A stretch of 64,000 nucleotides of DNA from an uncultured virus (IMG/VR IMGVR_UViG_3300031758_009617) (IMGVR_UViG_3300031758_009617), one strand, 5' to 3'; numbered from the stretch's first letter, positions 17,499 through 27,447 are shown. Program-made: numbers and translations. Notes: generated by a model not told the origin, from the sequence alone.

Positions 17499-18758
17499 TT
17501 AAAAGTCCTCAGGTAATGTTGCAGGTATGCCATCACGAACAGCTTGACTTGGGAGATATCGTCCCATTTCATTTTCCCACTTTTCAAAATCCACTCTGTT
17601 TTTAACTCGACTAAACGCCATCATGGCATTGTATTCATCGTCACTCATCAATGTATGAATCTGTGAAAAATCCTTTCTCATGGTATCTAAGTGACGTAGA
17701 AAGTTAATGACTGATGAAGTGAAGTATGCGTTAAATGCAAGAATGGGCGGATTAGGATCATTTGTTTTTGCCTGATACTTTCGAACACTGATGTTCATGA
17801 CCTCATGGAATACTTCATCTGTTACATCATAGAACGGAACATTTTTCTTGATGTCGGCATTGATAATGGAATACTGAGGACCATTTTCATTGATGAAGTG
17901 TTTGCCGGGAGTAATCCAAGAGAAATCAGGACCATAGTATCTTCCCATTTGTACACCCGATGTATGGGTCGTACTATCATAACTAATATGTTTGTTTGTG
18001 TATAAGCCACTTTCAATCATTGCCAATGTAGGTACCATACGTGATACTGCACCAATACCTAACAAATGGAGATGATTGTTCATTTCAAACAAGGGTGTTT
18101 GTGTGTAATAAAATGCTCGCTTACAATCTTCAAACATCCCGTTACCGATACCACCTGAACCCATGGCGACACCGCCAATGCGTTCATGATATTCCTTAGG
18201 AATTTCTTCCAGTGCCAACTCACACCATTTGATGTATGTGTCAAGGTCACCGCCTTGTACAATGAACATGGGCTTGGCATCAGATTTCATGGCGATGAAT
18301 GTGTCAATTTGGTTCTTCACATTTCTGCCTGATTCACGCGCACACCATTCAAATTTATTTCTATCAAAATATTTACTGTTAATATCTGAACGTACCGCCT
18401 TTGTGCCAATAATGCTCACAGGAATTTCATCAAAACTCATGGCGCAATCAGAGTACATGGCTTGACTCTCGTACACCTTCTGTTTTAATGCCGGCGTGAT
18501 GGTCAATCCTTGTGTGACAATTTGTAGACCGCCCGAGTCGGCATACACCTGATTAATACCTTTACCACGATAGGCACCATAAAACACCTCACCGAAATGC
18601 TTTTCAATATAGGCGTTATACAGGAATGAAAATTCGTGGTCATATTTACCACGAATATGTCCCCACATTTTATTCAATTCACCCAATAGATATCCTGTAT
18701 GTGTATCCTTAAAGTTGCAACGCAGAAAGGATAACCCAGAAGCAACATATTCAAACAT
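17499..18758 (-). CDS. dpdA: DpdA-like (TGT-fold) 7-deazaguanine DNA transglycosylase
   Basis: TGT-family motifs in order: ADSGGLQ, SFDEIP, IVQG, GGVAMG, HLHLLG, SYDSTT; flanked by FolE/QueD/QueE. Confidence 0.8.
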   Translation of the reverse strand: MFEYVASGLSFLRCNFKDTHTGYLLGELNKMWGHIRGKYDHEFSFLYNAYIEKHFGEVFYGAYRGKGINQVYADSGGLQIVTQGLTITPALKQKVYESQAMYSDCAMSFDEIPVSIIGTKAVRSDINSKYFDRNKFEWCARESGRNVKNQIDTFIAMKSDAKPMFIVQGGDLDTYIKWCELALEEIPKEYHERIGGVAMGSGGIGNGMFEDCKRAFYYTQTPLFEMNNHLHLLGIGAVSRMVPTLAMIESGLYTNKHISYDSTTHTSGVQMGRYYGPDFSWITPGKHFINENGPQYSIINADIKKNVPFYDVTDEVFHEVMNISVRKYQAKTNDPNPPILAFNAYFTSSVINFLRHLDTMRKDFSQIHTLMSDDEYNAMMAFSRVKNRVDFEKWENEMGRYLPSQAVRDGIPATLPEDF

Positions 18759-18760
18759 TA

Positions 18761-19276
18761 TTAGCTCCCAAAGATTTTAAGTAGATGATGTGTCTGATGT
18801 AACGCATCATCAAGTGCATTGTGATATGTGCCTGTTCGTTCAGCTTCTGGTAATTTAATTACTTCGCGTATTGTGCGATAGCACCTGTTTCTCCAGGCGT
18901 TCCAAGGACGTACCATACTTACTGCCTTATAGGCATTTTCCATAATGACATTATCAAAATCAGAACCACAACCCCATGTAGGATATTGTACTGTTCCATA
19001 CCATTGAGAAAACTTTGTAAGAGCTTCGCGCAGAGATACATTATTTTCACGAAGCATTTCTAATACTTCCTTGGGTTGCTTACTCCACCATTTCACAGTA
19101 TCAGCAGAAATGTGTAATCCCTGTAATTTACAGTCAGCCACATCTACCGTGCAGTAAAATGTATCTATCACACCTGCTTCGATAGAAAATTTTACCGCAC
19201 CAATAGAGGCGATTGCTGCGTTTGACTCGGTACTCATGGTTTCCAAGTCAATCATTACATTGATATCACTTGACAT
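18761..19276 (-). CDS. DEDDh 3'-5' exonuclease (DexA/exonuclease VIII-like)
   Basis: MIDLETMST, WGCGSDFDNVI, YHNALDDA. Confidence 0.85.
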   Translation of the reverse strand: MSSDINVMIDLETMSTESNAAIASIGAVKFSIEAGVIDTFYCTVDVADCKLQGLHISADTVKWWSKQPKEVLEMLRENNVSLREALTKFSQWYGTVQYPTWGCGSDFDNVIMENAYKAVSMVRPWNAWRNRCYRTIREVIKLPEAERTGTYHNALDDALHQTHHLLKIFGS

Positions 19277-19280
19277 GATA

Positions 19281-19982
19281 TTACTTGATGAGATGCATGA
19301 ATTCTGAACGAAGGGCAGGATTCTCCTTGAATCCGCCACCCAACTTCGATGTGATTGTATTGGAATGTGGATCCTCAACACCTCGTGCCTTTACACAGAA
19401 ATGTTCGGCGTCAATAACAACCGCTACATCAGGCGTGTCAAGGATGAATGACAGAGCATGATAAATTTGTTCTGCAAGGCGCTCTTGAACCTGAGGACGG
19501 CGTGAGAAATATTCAACAACACGATTCAACTTGCTCAACCCCAACACCTTATTTTTCGGGATGTAGGCAACATGTGCCACACCTGAAATAGTGACAAAGT
19601 GATGTTCACATGCCGAAGTCACCGTGATGTTCTTTTCAAGAACCATCTCATCATACCCCATCTTATTCTCAATGGCAGTACACTTCGGAAATGCTGCATA
19701 ATCTAATCCCCAAAATAGTTCATTCACAAACATCTTGGCAACACGCTTAGGACTATCTTGGAGACTGTCATCAGTCAAATCCATACCTAGAGTTGTCATG
19801 ATTTCAGTGAAATGTTTTTCAATCTTCTTAATCTTCTTGTCACTATATTCTTCCGTCTGCATGAAAGGTGTCTCTACACCCTGAGCAACAAGATGCTTAT
19901 GTACCTGTAATCCCAATTCAGGATCAGTCTTGCCCATGGCAGAACGAATAGCTGATGCGTTAAAACGATGTTGTGACTTCAT
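19281..19982 (-). CDS. folE: GTP cyclohydrolase I FolE
   Basis: SPKRVAKM, SACEHHF, GLSKLNRVV, RPQVQERL, HFCVKARG. Confidence 0.97.
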   Translation of the reverse strand: MKSQHRFNASAIRSAMGKTDPELGLQVHKHLVAQGVETPFMQTEEYSDKKIKKIEKHFTEIMTTLGMDLTDDSLQDSPKRVAKMFVNELFWGLDYAAFPKCTAIENKMGYDEMVLEKNITVTSACEHHFVTISGVAHVAYIPKNKVLGLSKLNRVVEYFSRRPQVQERLAEQIYHALSFILDTPDVAVVIDAEHFCVKARGVEDPHSNTITSKLGGGFKENPALRSEFMHLIK

Positions 19983-19983
19983 A

Positions 19984-20889
19984 TTATCTCCCAATGACGT
20001 TGCCAAAGACATAACAATGATTTCGTGTGGCAACTTTATAACCACGATTCATTGCTTCGATACACAAATCACCAATATACGGATCCTCTTGAGCATCCTT
20101 TGTGGCGCCGACAGGCATCACCCATACGTCTGGCATGTATCTCCCACATAGTAATCTAATTCTATTTAGGTGATTGTCAAGTTCATCCCAATTTTCTTTT
20201 GTCCCGTTACACACAAATTTCAAAATGGATGTAGCATTGGCAAGTGAATATTCATGAATGTGTTCTGCACTCACCACATTATCTTCACCTGATACCGTGA
20301 ACAATTTTGGACTCATTGACCAATGCCAACGCGCCTTACCATTTCCCATGAATGGGAATTCAAATGACATGAATTTTCTTAATTCTTCTGACAAGGGGCG
20401 TGTGGCATTTGTTTCCACCGTGACAAGTTGTGGTGCATTATTTCTGTCACGCAACACACGAAGAATTTCCATCATTGCCTTTTGTTGCATCATGGGTTCG
20501 CCGCCCGTGAAGCATAGCATGATGGGTTGTTGTGTTACAGGATGAATGAACAATCCTTGTGGGTTATGCTCGCTCTTGTTGGCTTCAACTAAACGGTCAG
20601 CAATTTCTTCGGGAGATGCATCGTGCGCTAGATGCTTGAAACGTTGTGACCAAGAATAGGATGAGTCACACCCAAACTTCCACACGGGAAGGTCATTGAC
20701 ATGCTTCACAGAATCCACATCGAATGTTTCGAATGGTAATTCATATGTAGATGGGTCTGTGGGATTCTTTTGTCCGAATCCACTACAATTTAAATTACAA
20801 CCAAAGAAACGTAACCAAACGGCAGGCGTTCCTGCCAATTCAGCTTCACCTTGAAATGAATAAAAAATTTCTGAGTAACGAATACGCAT
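19984..20889 (-). CDS. queE: 7-carboxy-7-deazaguanine synthase QueE (radical SAM)
   Basis: EIFYSFQGE, RFFGCNLNC...GCDS (long insert before the third Cys), FTGGEP, VETN, SMSPK. Confidence 0.92.
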   Translation of the reverse strand: MRIRYSEIFYSFQGEAELAGTPAVWLRFFGCNLNCSGFGQKNPTDPSTYELPFETFDVDSVKHVNDLPVWKFGCDSSYSWSQRFKHLAHDASPEEIADRLVEANKSEHNPQGLFIHPVTQQPIMLCFTGGEPMMQQKAMMEILRVLRDRNNAPQLVTVETNATRPLSEELRKFMSFEFPFMGNGKARWHWSMSPKLFTVSGEDNVVSAEHIHEYSLANATSILKFVCNGTKENWDELDNHLNRIRLLCGRYMPDVWVMPVGATKDAQEDPYIGDLCIEAMNRGYKVATRNHCYVFGNVIGR

Positions 20890-20918
20890 ATCACACTCCA
20901 ATCACAAAGTTATATAAC

Positions 20919-20947
20919 AATCTACAGACTATTTAGGTATTTGTCAA
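20919..20947 (-). promoter_or_regulatory. Sigma70-type promoter heading the deazaguanine operon
   Basis: TTGACA-N17-TAGATT. Confidence 0.6.
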
Positions 20948-20950
20948 GTT

Positions 20951-21562
20951 TCACTCATCATATTCATCCACTTCTTCCACATCAATATACTCAGATTCAA
21001 TAATCACCACATCGTCATCAAGTGCCTGTAGATATTTTGGTTTACGTGTAATCTTTTTCGTTTCTTTGTCGGCACTTAATTCTTGGTTGGCGGCATCAGC
21101 TTGCTTTTGCAAGTACCGAATGAACTCATTTGTATGTGTGCCTTCGTCATGAGCTTGACGAATGATGTTATCCACATCTAACGAAGCAATATACTTATAT
21201 TTGGTTTGTAGATGCTTCTTCTCTTTTTGAATTCTTCGCACAAAGGCATAATAGGTAATTTGTGTGAAGTAGGCAAAGGGATTGCTTGATTTCGCGGGAT
21301 CGAAGTTGTCCATATATGTGAGACAATTTTCAATGGCATCTAAAATCATATCCTCACGGAAACTGTAATTAATGAAATTATTTTTATAGGCTAAATGATT
21401 GGCAATTTTAATGAAGCAGTCGCCTATGTATTCTGGAACTTGTGGACGTTCCTCTTTGTTCTGTTCTGCTTCACGTACCTCTACTTTATAATCTATTAAG
21501 GCTTGTAGAAACTTTTTATTATCTATGTAATGATTGTTTGTTTTACTCTTGGTTTTCGTCAT
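20951..21562 (-). CDS. 55: Late-transcription sigma factor gp55
   Basis: HYIDNKKF, YIGDCFIKIA, NFINYSFREDMILD, NPFAYFTQI. Confidence 0.96.
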   Translation of the reverse strand: MTKTKSKTNNHYIDNKKFLQALIDYKVEVREAEQNKEERPQVPEYIGDCFIKIANHLAYKNNFINYSFREDMILDAIENCLTYMDNFDPAKSSNPFAYFTQITYYAFVRRIQKEKKHLQTKYKYIASLDVDNIIRQAHDEGTHTNEFIRYLQKQADAANQELSADKETKKITRKPKYLQALDDDVVIIESEYIDVEEVDEYDE

Positions 21563-22010
21563 GGTTATTTTCCATATTCAAAGGTTCATCAACAAAATAT
21601 AACTCACCGGGTGTAATTTCACGTAATAAATTTTCTGCTGCTTCTTCACGTTCTATTTGTTCTTCTTGGCGCTTTTGTGTTTCAATGGTATGTTCAATAT
21701 AGTTGACATATTGTTGACGTACCTCTTTCTTTAAACTTCCTATGGTTAATACAATGTCAGTACTAATTGTAAATTCATCACTATCACTTAATCCAATCCA
21801 TGGACGCAAAACAAAACTTTCGCCTATCACTTGACCATTGCGTCGTGTTTCTTGGTGAGGGATAACCTGTACAGGAACATTCATTTGTAAATGTGTTTCA
21901 GATGCCAACGACCGAACATCATGATTCATGGTACAGAGTATAGTTTCTCCTGTTTTCAATTTCACAATCTTATAATACGTTCCCTCATTATACTTGTTGT
22001 AACTATGCAT
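21543..22010 (-). CDS. Conserved T4-like hypothetical protein between uvsW and gp55
   Basis: YKIVKLKTGETIL start; conserved synteny. Confidence 0.7.
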   Translation of the reverse strand: MHSYNKYNEGTYYKIVKLKTGETILCTMNHDVRSLASETHLQMNVPVQVIPHQETRRNGQVIGESFVLRPWIGLSDSDEFTISTDIVLTIGSLKKEVRQQYVNYIEHTIETQKRQEEQIEREEAAENLLREITPGELYFVDEPLNMENNHDENQE

Positions 22011-23484
22011 GTAAGGGTATTGTTAATAGTTTATAATTGAATCCTTCTTCATTGTAAATTTTTACACGTTCAATTAAATGAAGTAGGGTATAATTTTTAT
22101 GTGTTTTCCATGAGAGGTTATCTCCAATATCATACAACTTACAACTTGTTTTTTGTTCTCCCAATCGAAGACCGCGACCAATACTTTGTAAATTTCTGAT
22201 ACGAGATTTCGAGGGCGAAGCAAATACAATGTTGTGGAGATTTCTAATATTTATCCCCGTAGAGAATGTTCCATATGACGCAAGAATAATGGCATTCTCA
22301 GATTTTTCTGTAATGGCACGAACTGCTTCTCTATCTTTAGTTTCAACTCCACCGTGTACAAAGAATAACTCTCGTCCCTTTTCAACTTTTTCAGAGAGCA
22401 TATCAAACAATACTTCACCATGTTTTTCAACATATTGGAATAATACTAGAGTATTTCCTTTTTGGTCAAGCACTAAATTTTGTATAAATTTATTTCTCTT
22501 GGGGTGTGTGACTAACCAATCTAATTCTTGTTGATAGGTGAACTTCTTACACAACTGTTTTTCTTCATCACTGTAATCCAACTGTAAGCAACGAATCTTT
22601 AAATCAGCAAGCTGTTGTGTATCCATTAACTTCTTTGTGGTTGTTACTTTATGAACAGCACCAAACAATCCTTCTAATACTAAACGATGTGTCTTGGTGC
22701 CATCCAATGTTCCTGTTGTACCTATCTTAAAAGGTGCCTTGGTGCATTTGTGTAGAATTGATGATAATGATTTGGCTTTAAACAAATGGCACTCATCACC
22801 ATATACCACATCAAAATTTTCAAAATAACTTTTCGGCATCTTGTAGATGCTCTGCCACGTGGAGATTACAATAGGAACGTTTGTAACTTTTTCTTTACCT
22901 GAATAAATGCGGGTGCAGTTTTCAGATACTTTCCAATCCGACGCTGTAGCATAATCAGCAAAGTCACCATACAATTGCTCGACTAAAGAAGTTGTGGGAA
23001 CGATGATAAGTTGTCGGCGCCCTTGGGTCTGATGCCAACGAACCAAAGAATAAATGATTAAACTTTTGCCTGACGCAGTAGGAGAAAGAAGAAGTGTTCG
23101 TCCACGATGAATGGATTCTAGTACAGCATCTTCTTGATAATCACGAATATCAACGGGCTTACCATTTGAATGGTAATTCAATGATGCAATGAATTGTTTT
23201 GCTTGTTCAACATCTTCGGCATATGAAGGTAAATGATTTGTAAGTGTATAATTGTTTGACTTACAAAATTCTTTTACATAAGGAGCAAGACCTACATATA
23301 ACTCCTTTGTGAACAAACTTAGTAGACGAATTTTTCCGTCCCAAAGTTTTGCACGATATTGGGGTGTGAATTGAGCACCCGGAACTGCAAACGTGAAGAA
23401 GTCATTCATTTCAAGTAGAATGGATGCATCGGCATCTACATGAAGATAAACCTCATCTTTCTTGCTAATGGTAACATCACTCAT
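22003..23484 (-). CDS. uvsW: UvsW SF2 helicase
   Basis: RDYQ, SPTASGKS, DECH, GTTGT, QSIGRGLR. Confidence 0.97.
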   Translation of the reverse strand: MSDVTISKKDEVYLHVDADASILLEMNDFFTFAVPGAQFTPQYRAKLWDGKIRLLSLFTKELYVGLAPYVKEFCKSNNYTLTNHLPSYAEDVEQAKQFIASLNYHSNGKPVDIRDYQEDAVLESIHRGRTLLLSPTASGKSLIIYSLVRWHQTQGRRQLIIVPTTSLVEQLYGDFADYATASDWKVSENCTRIYSGKEKVTNVPIVISTWQSIYKMPKSYFENFDVVYGDECHLFKAKSLSSILHKCTKAPFKIGTTGTLDGTKTHRLVLEGLFGAVHKVTTTKKLMDTQQLADLKIRCLQLDYSDEEKQLCKKFTYQQELDWLVTHPKRNKFIQNLVLDQKGNTLVLFQYVEKHGEVLFDMLSEKVEKGRELFFVHGGVETKDREAVRAITEKSENAIILASYGTFSTGINIRNLHNIVFASPSKSRIRNLQSIGRGLRLGEQKTSCKLYDIGDNLSWKTHKNYTLLHLIERVKIYNEEGFNYKLLTIPLHA

Positions 23485-23921
23485 AATCCACCATTCGTAA
23501 ACTTATACCATTCAATAGCAGACTTGATGTCCCATGTTCTACTATTGATGCTTTTAATGATTTGTTCCAATTGGTACATGACAGTTTTTAAATATTCCAA
23601 CTTATCCGTCATGCGGATAACATCATCGTCAGTATTCATGACATCATCCATTTCATTTTTTAATGGACGCGCATTGAGATATTGTTCCCAGCCCAATTCA
23701 CTAAGTTCTTCTTTTGAGAGTTCGCCACGATAATATCTACCTTTCAACTTTCGGATACGAAGGTATTCAGCCTCAGCCTTACGATATTGAAGGCGGACTG
23801 ATGACATCATGTTGAGATATTTTGCGTGAAGTTCAGGAACACGGGCGGCACTACGCCCTAAATTAGTTTGGTCAATTTTACAATCTTCTGTCCACATGTC
23901 CTGTATTTCTTGTAACTTCAT
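23481..23921 (-). CDS. uvsY: Recombination mediator UvsY
   Basis: DCKIDQTNL, PELHAKY, YYRG, RTWDIKSAIEW. Confidence 0.92.
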   Translation of the reverse strand: MKLQEIQDMWTEDCKIDQTNLGRSAARVPELHAKYLNMMSSVRLQYRKAEAEYLRIRKLKGRYYRGELSKEELSELGWEQYLNARPLKNEMDDVMNTDDDVIRMTDKLEYLKTVMYQLEQIIKSINSRTWDIKSAIEWYKFTNGGL

Positions 23922-23948
23922 ACCACCTCACTTGTTAATACATCATGT

Positions 23949-23977
23949 AACATACACAGTACAACTACATTTGTCAA
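23949..23977 (-). promoter_or_regulatory. Sigma70-type promoter upstream of uvsY
   Basis: TTGACA-N17-TATGTT. Confidence 0.6.
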
Positions 23978-24570
23978 GTAGTCAATAAAGACTCCACCGT
24001 GAACATGCGATATTTAAAGACGGCGTTGCCTACAAAGTATTGTGTGTTTCCTGTTGATACATCGAAATCCAATCCAGATAACGAGATGGGGAAACAATCT
24101 ATGAAGTTTAACCGAACGATTGGGAGGTCACTGGAATTCAATACCATTAATGTGGCATCACTATATTCCGGTAGGTCAGTTCTACGTTGTGTACCCACAT
24201 CTTGGTTATTGATTTCAGGTGTTCGGAATGCTTGATCCGCGAATCTCTTTTGAAATTGTTTATGGTTCTCTGGGAAACCTAAAGCAATCATCCAGTTGTA
24301 CAATTCAATGTAATTTGCCATGTCTTCCTGAATCATGAAACGAATGGTGAGTTCACCGAAGTCAAGTTTTTCACCTGGCTTTGGGATATCAATCAATGGT
24401 GTGGGTTGTTTTGCTACACCTAAATTCATGGACGGGATGTTTGCTGCCTGACAAAAGTATGTTACTTTCGGCAGACTTTGAATCATGAAACGAAAGCCAT
24501 TGGGACGTAGAAAATCTAGTTCCTCAGGTTGACGATTAGTCCATTTTGCTTCTGTGATTTCGGTTGACAT
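23974..24570 (-). CDS. 3: Tail tube terminator/completion protein gp3
   Basis: FLRPNGFRF, YFCQAANIP, PGEKLDFGEL, EDMANY, SDATL, FPISLSGL. Confidence 0.9.
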   Translation of the reverse strand: MSTEITEAKWTNRQPEELDFLRPNGFRFMIQSLPKVTYFCQAANIPSMNLGVAKQPTPLIDIPKPGEKLDFGELTIRFMIQEDMANYIELYNWMIALGFPENHKQFQKRFADQAFRTPEINNQDVGTQRRTDLPEYSDATLMVLNSSDLPIVRLNFIDCFPISLSGLDFDVSTGNTQYFVGNAVFKYRMFTVESLLTT

Positions 24571-24707
24571 GTTTCACCTATCTCTCTTGACTGGCACTTG
24601 ACAGAGTGTTAAACTCACTATGTCTGGGATGAATTGATAATACTATTTATGATACTATAAAACAGCTATATACTCCCTACTCCTGAGAAAGTATACAAGT
24701 ATATAGC

Positions 24708-24740
24708 AAAAGGATTGGGAGAGACTTTTCAGCCTCTCCC
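24708..24740 (-). terminator. Rho-independent terminator after gp23
   Basis: Minus strand GGGAGAGGCT-GAAA-AGTCTCTCCC followed by AATCCTTTT. Confidence 0.75.
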
Positions 24741-24765
24741 TTTCCTGTTTCATCTGCTACTTCGA

Positions 24766-26058
24766 TTATAGAAGGTTTGTGACCTTCAAGCGACGATAGT
24801 AGTGATTACGGTTAGCGGTGAATGTATCGCCGTCAGTTGTACCGTTGGCTTGTGTTACGAATGGATTTGCAATCATGCCGTAACGTGTCTTGAATCCAAT
24901 CTTGGGTTGGAATGAAGATGGGTCAATGGCACGTACCATTTGTAATGGAACGTATGGGCAGTAGAAGATACCTGCGTCATATGCATTTGAACCCTTATAA
25001 CCAACTACTACGAATTGTGAAGCTGAGTTTGTGTTGGCTGAGTATGGATCAATGAACACCTTGAAGCGACCATTCAATGTACCTGCGAATGTGTTGCCTG
25101 TGTCATCCATTGAGATGCCGTCGTTGCCTGAAAGAGCAGGTGTGTAATCCAACTTACCTGTCATGGCAAGAGCTGCTGCAACGTCTGATGAACAGACGAT
25201 GAAGTTACCGCGTCCACGACGAGTTTCTTGTGCGATTACGTTTGCATCGCGTTCGATTTGGAACATCAAGCCCTTGAAGCGTTCTACTGACCAACGACCG
25301 TTTGAGTCAACGTCAAGGTCGAATGTACCTGCTGTTGCTGTTGAAGCAGCACCTGGCTTAGCAACCTTGTAGATAGTACGAATTACTTCACGGTTCATTT
25401 CAGCAAGAATTTCTTGTGAAAGAATGTTTGATAATTCACTTTCTGCATCAAGACCGTGAATTGCCTTCAAGTCTTGTGCTAATTCAACTGTGTATTCGGC
25501 CTTCAATGCACGTGACTTGGCTGTTACAGTTGTCTTTTCGATACTGAAAGCCATTTCGTTGAAGTCACCAGCCATACCGCCTGTGCCTAGAGCTTCAGCT
25601 GCTGCTGTTGTTAAGCCTGTGCCGTATGTGTATGTGCCATCAACTGGGTTTGTACCTTCGTGTGTGCCTGTGCCTGAGAAGTCGGTATCAGCTTCATTGA
25701 ATAATGCTTCTGCACCATCTTGGGTTGAATAACGTGACTTCATGGCGAAGATGAGGCCAGTTGGACCAGTCATTGGTTGTACGCCGGCTACGTCATAGGC
25801 CATCAAGTTTGGAAGTGAACGACGAACCAATGAAATTAAGATTGGGTCGTAACGGTCAATTTCGGTTGATCCTGAGCCAGCAATGTTGTTAACTGGAACA
25901 GCTTCGAACAATGCTTGCTTTTCTTCGCGCAATGCCTTTTCTTGGTTTTCAAGAATAACGGCAGTAACAGCCTTCTTGTAGTTGTCTTTGATGGCTGGTA
26001 GGGATCCGTGTTCTAGAACTGGAGCCCACTTCTTTTGTAATGATTCTGATAAAAACAT
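24766..26058 (-). CDS. 23: Major capsid protein gp23
   Basis: KWAPVL, DPILISLVRR, GVQPMTGPTGLIFAM, ELAQDLKAIHGLDAE, FQPKIGFKTRYG. Confidence 0.99.
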   Translation of the reverse strand: MFLSESLQKKWAPVLEHGSLPAIKDNYKKAVTAVILENQEKALREEKQALFEAVPVNNIAGSGSTEIDRYDPILISLVRRSLPNLMAYDVAGVQPMTGPTGLIFAMKSRYSTQDGAEALFNEADTDFSGTGTHEGTNPVDGTYTYGTGLTTAAAEALGTGGMAGDFNEMAFSIEKTTVTAKSRALKAEYTVELAQDLKAIHGLDAESELSNILSQEILAEMNREVIRTIYKVAKPGAASTATAGTFDLDVDSNGRWSVERFKGLMFQIERDANVIAQETRRGRGNFIVCSSDVAAALAMTGKLDYTPALSGNDGISMDDTGNTFAGTLNGRFKVFIDPYSANTNSASQFVVVGYKGSNAYDAGIFYCPYVPLQMVRAIDPSSFQPKIGFKTRYGMIANPFVTQANGTTDGDTFTANRNHYYRRLKVTNLL

Positions 26059-26100
26059 TTACGTTCTCCTGAGTTTTTGTTTACTGTTAAACGTTACTAT

Positions 26101-26108
26101 TATTTATA
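26101..26108 (-). promoter_or_regulatory. T4-type late promoter (gp55) upstream of gp23
   Basis: TATAAATA on the minus strand. The same octamer occurs at 3323, 27435, 33899, 38525, 43545, 48567, 49027, 55217 and 63619, each upstream of a gene start. Confidence 0.85.
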
Positions 26109-26114
26109 CTAGCT

Positions 26115-27398
26115 TTATTTTCCAAATGTGTTGCGTGAAAGCATTTCTGCATATTTAGCAACCGTACCTGATACTTCTTGTGTTTCTACCACTTCTTCTG
26201 TGATGGGTGAAGAAACAGTTGACTTGGGGAAGTAGTTATTTTTAATAACTGAAATCTTTTGTTCAAATAATTCTTCATTTTCAAATTCAACTTCTTCAAT
26301 CAAGCCGCGAAGTTTTTCAGCTTCAGTTTGTGCTAAGTCACTTGTTGCCTTTGAGAATACAACTTCACGCTTTGCTTCGTTCAACTCTGTATTAAGTTCA
26401 ACTGCCTTTGCCAATGATTCGTTAACTTGTGCAGTTAATGTATCAATTTGATTTTGCATGTCGCCTAAAACATCGTACTTTTCTTCAGGAACTTCAATGT
26501 AGTGTTCCTTGAACAACACCTTCAAGCCTGCAATGAAATCTTCAGTGACTTCTGCACGAAGTCCTGTTTCAATTGCAACTTCATTGTTTGCCAACCATTG
26601 TTCAGCAACATATGAGAGATAGGCATCAATCTTTGAAACCATTTCTTCGTGGATGTTCACGACGGTGTGTGCTGCTTGTTCAGCAAGCGCATCTTGCATC
26701 TTTTCTACTTCGTGAGCAACGCGAGCAGTTACGACGGCTTCGAATAATGAAGCTGCCTTTGTCTTGAATTCTTCTGACAAGTCAACTTCTGATGCAAAAA
26801 GATTTTCAACATCCTTTGCCAATTCAGCCTTCATGTTTTCCATGGCTTCGGCAAGTGCTGTTTCATCTTCTTCTTCAGTTTCTTCTGGGCCTTCTTCTAC
26901 TAATGAATATTGTGCCTTTTCTTCTTCTGAAAGAGCATTGTATTCTTCTTCTGAAATGACTTCTTCGCCTTCTACTTCAGCTTCTTCTTGGTGAACATTG
27001 CCCTTTGAAGATGCTTGGTTGATGACAGATGATGGATCTGCTACTGTTGTGTAGTTAGTGGCAGCGCCTGCACCTTGATGTGAAACAGTAGGCATCTTAG
27101 CCTTCTTTGATGCTTGTGCCTTACCTTGATTCTTTTCATCAGTTTCTAAATCAATTGAAGCATCTTGTGATGAACCTTGCTTCATGGGAGCAGCTTCTTT
27201 GGGGCCTGCGCCTGCTTGTAATTGATTTACAGGGTTTGATGGCTTTTCTGCGCCACCGCCCTTGTGCATCATTTGAACTTCTGGTGTTTGTGATGAGCCT
27301 TGAGCTGGAGCCTTAGTTTCCAAATTCTTACCCATTCCTGGGAAGGCTTCATCGAGCTTTTTAGCCATCATTTCTCGAATCTTGTTTTCTACTGACAT
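26115..27398 (-). CDS. 22: Prohead core scaffolding protein gp22
   Basis: LSEEFKTKAASLFEA, IDAYLSYVAEQW, FIAGLKVLFKEHYIEVPEEK. Confidence 0.95.
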   Translation of the reverse strand: MSVENKIREMMAKKLDEAFPGMGKNLETKAPAQGSSQTPEVQMMHKGGGAEKPSNPVNQLQAGAGPKEAAPMKQGSSQDASIDLETDEKNQGKAQASKKAKMPTVSHQGAGAATNYTTVADPSSVINQASSKGNVHQEEAEVEGEEVISEEEYNALSEEEKAQYSLVEEGPEETEEEDETALAEAMENMKAELAKDVENLFASEVDLSEEFKTKAASLFEAVVTARVAHEVEKMQDALAEQAAHTVVNIHEEMVSKIDAYLSYVAEQWLANNEVAIETGLRAEVTEDFIAGLKVLFKEHYIEVPEEKYDVLGDMQNQIDTLTAQVNESLAKAVELNTELNEAKREVVFSKATSDLAQTEAEKLRGLIEEVEFENEELFEQKISVIKNNYFPKSTVSSPITEEVVETQEVSGTVAKYAEMLSRNTFGK

Positions 27399-27434
27399 TT
27401 AGTATCTCCTGTAGTTGTTTCAAAAACTTTATAT

Positions 27435-27442
27435 TATTTATA
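27435..27442 (-). promoter_or_regulatory. Late promoter upstream of gp22
   Basis: TATAAATA. Confidence 0.75.
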
Positions 27443-27447
27443 CGAGT

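Noticed and set aside
15511..20889. Folate or tRNA-queuosine auxiliary metabolism
   Set aside because: No queC/queF/queA or downstream folate genes; the TGT-fold protein lacks an obvious CxCxxC zinc motif and looks DpdA-like, favouring DNA modification (not strictly excluded).
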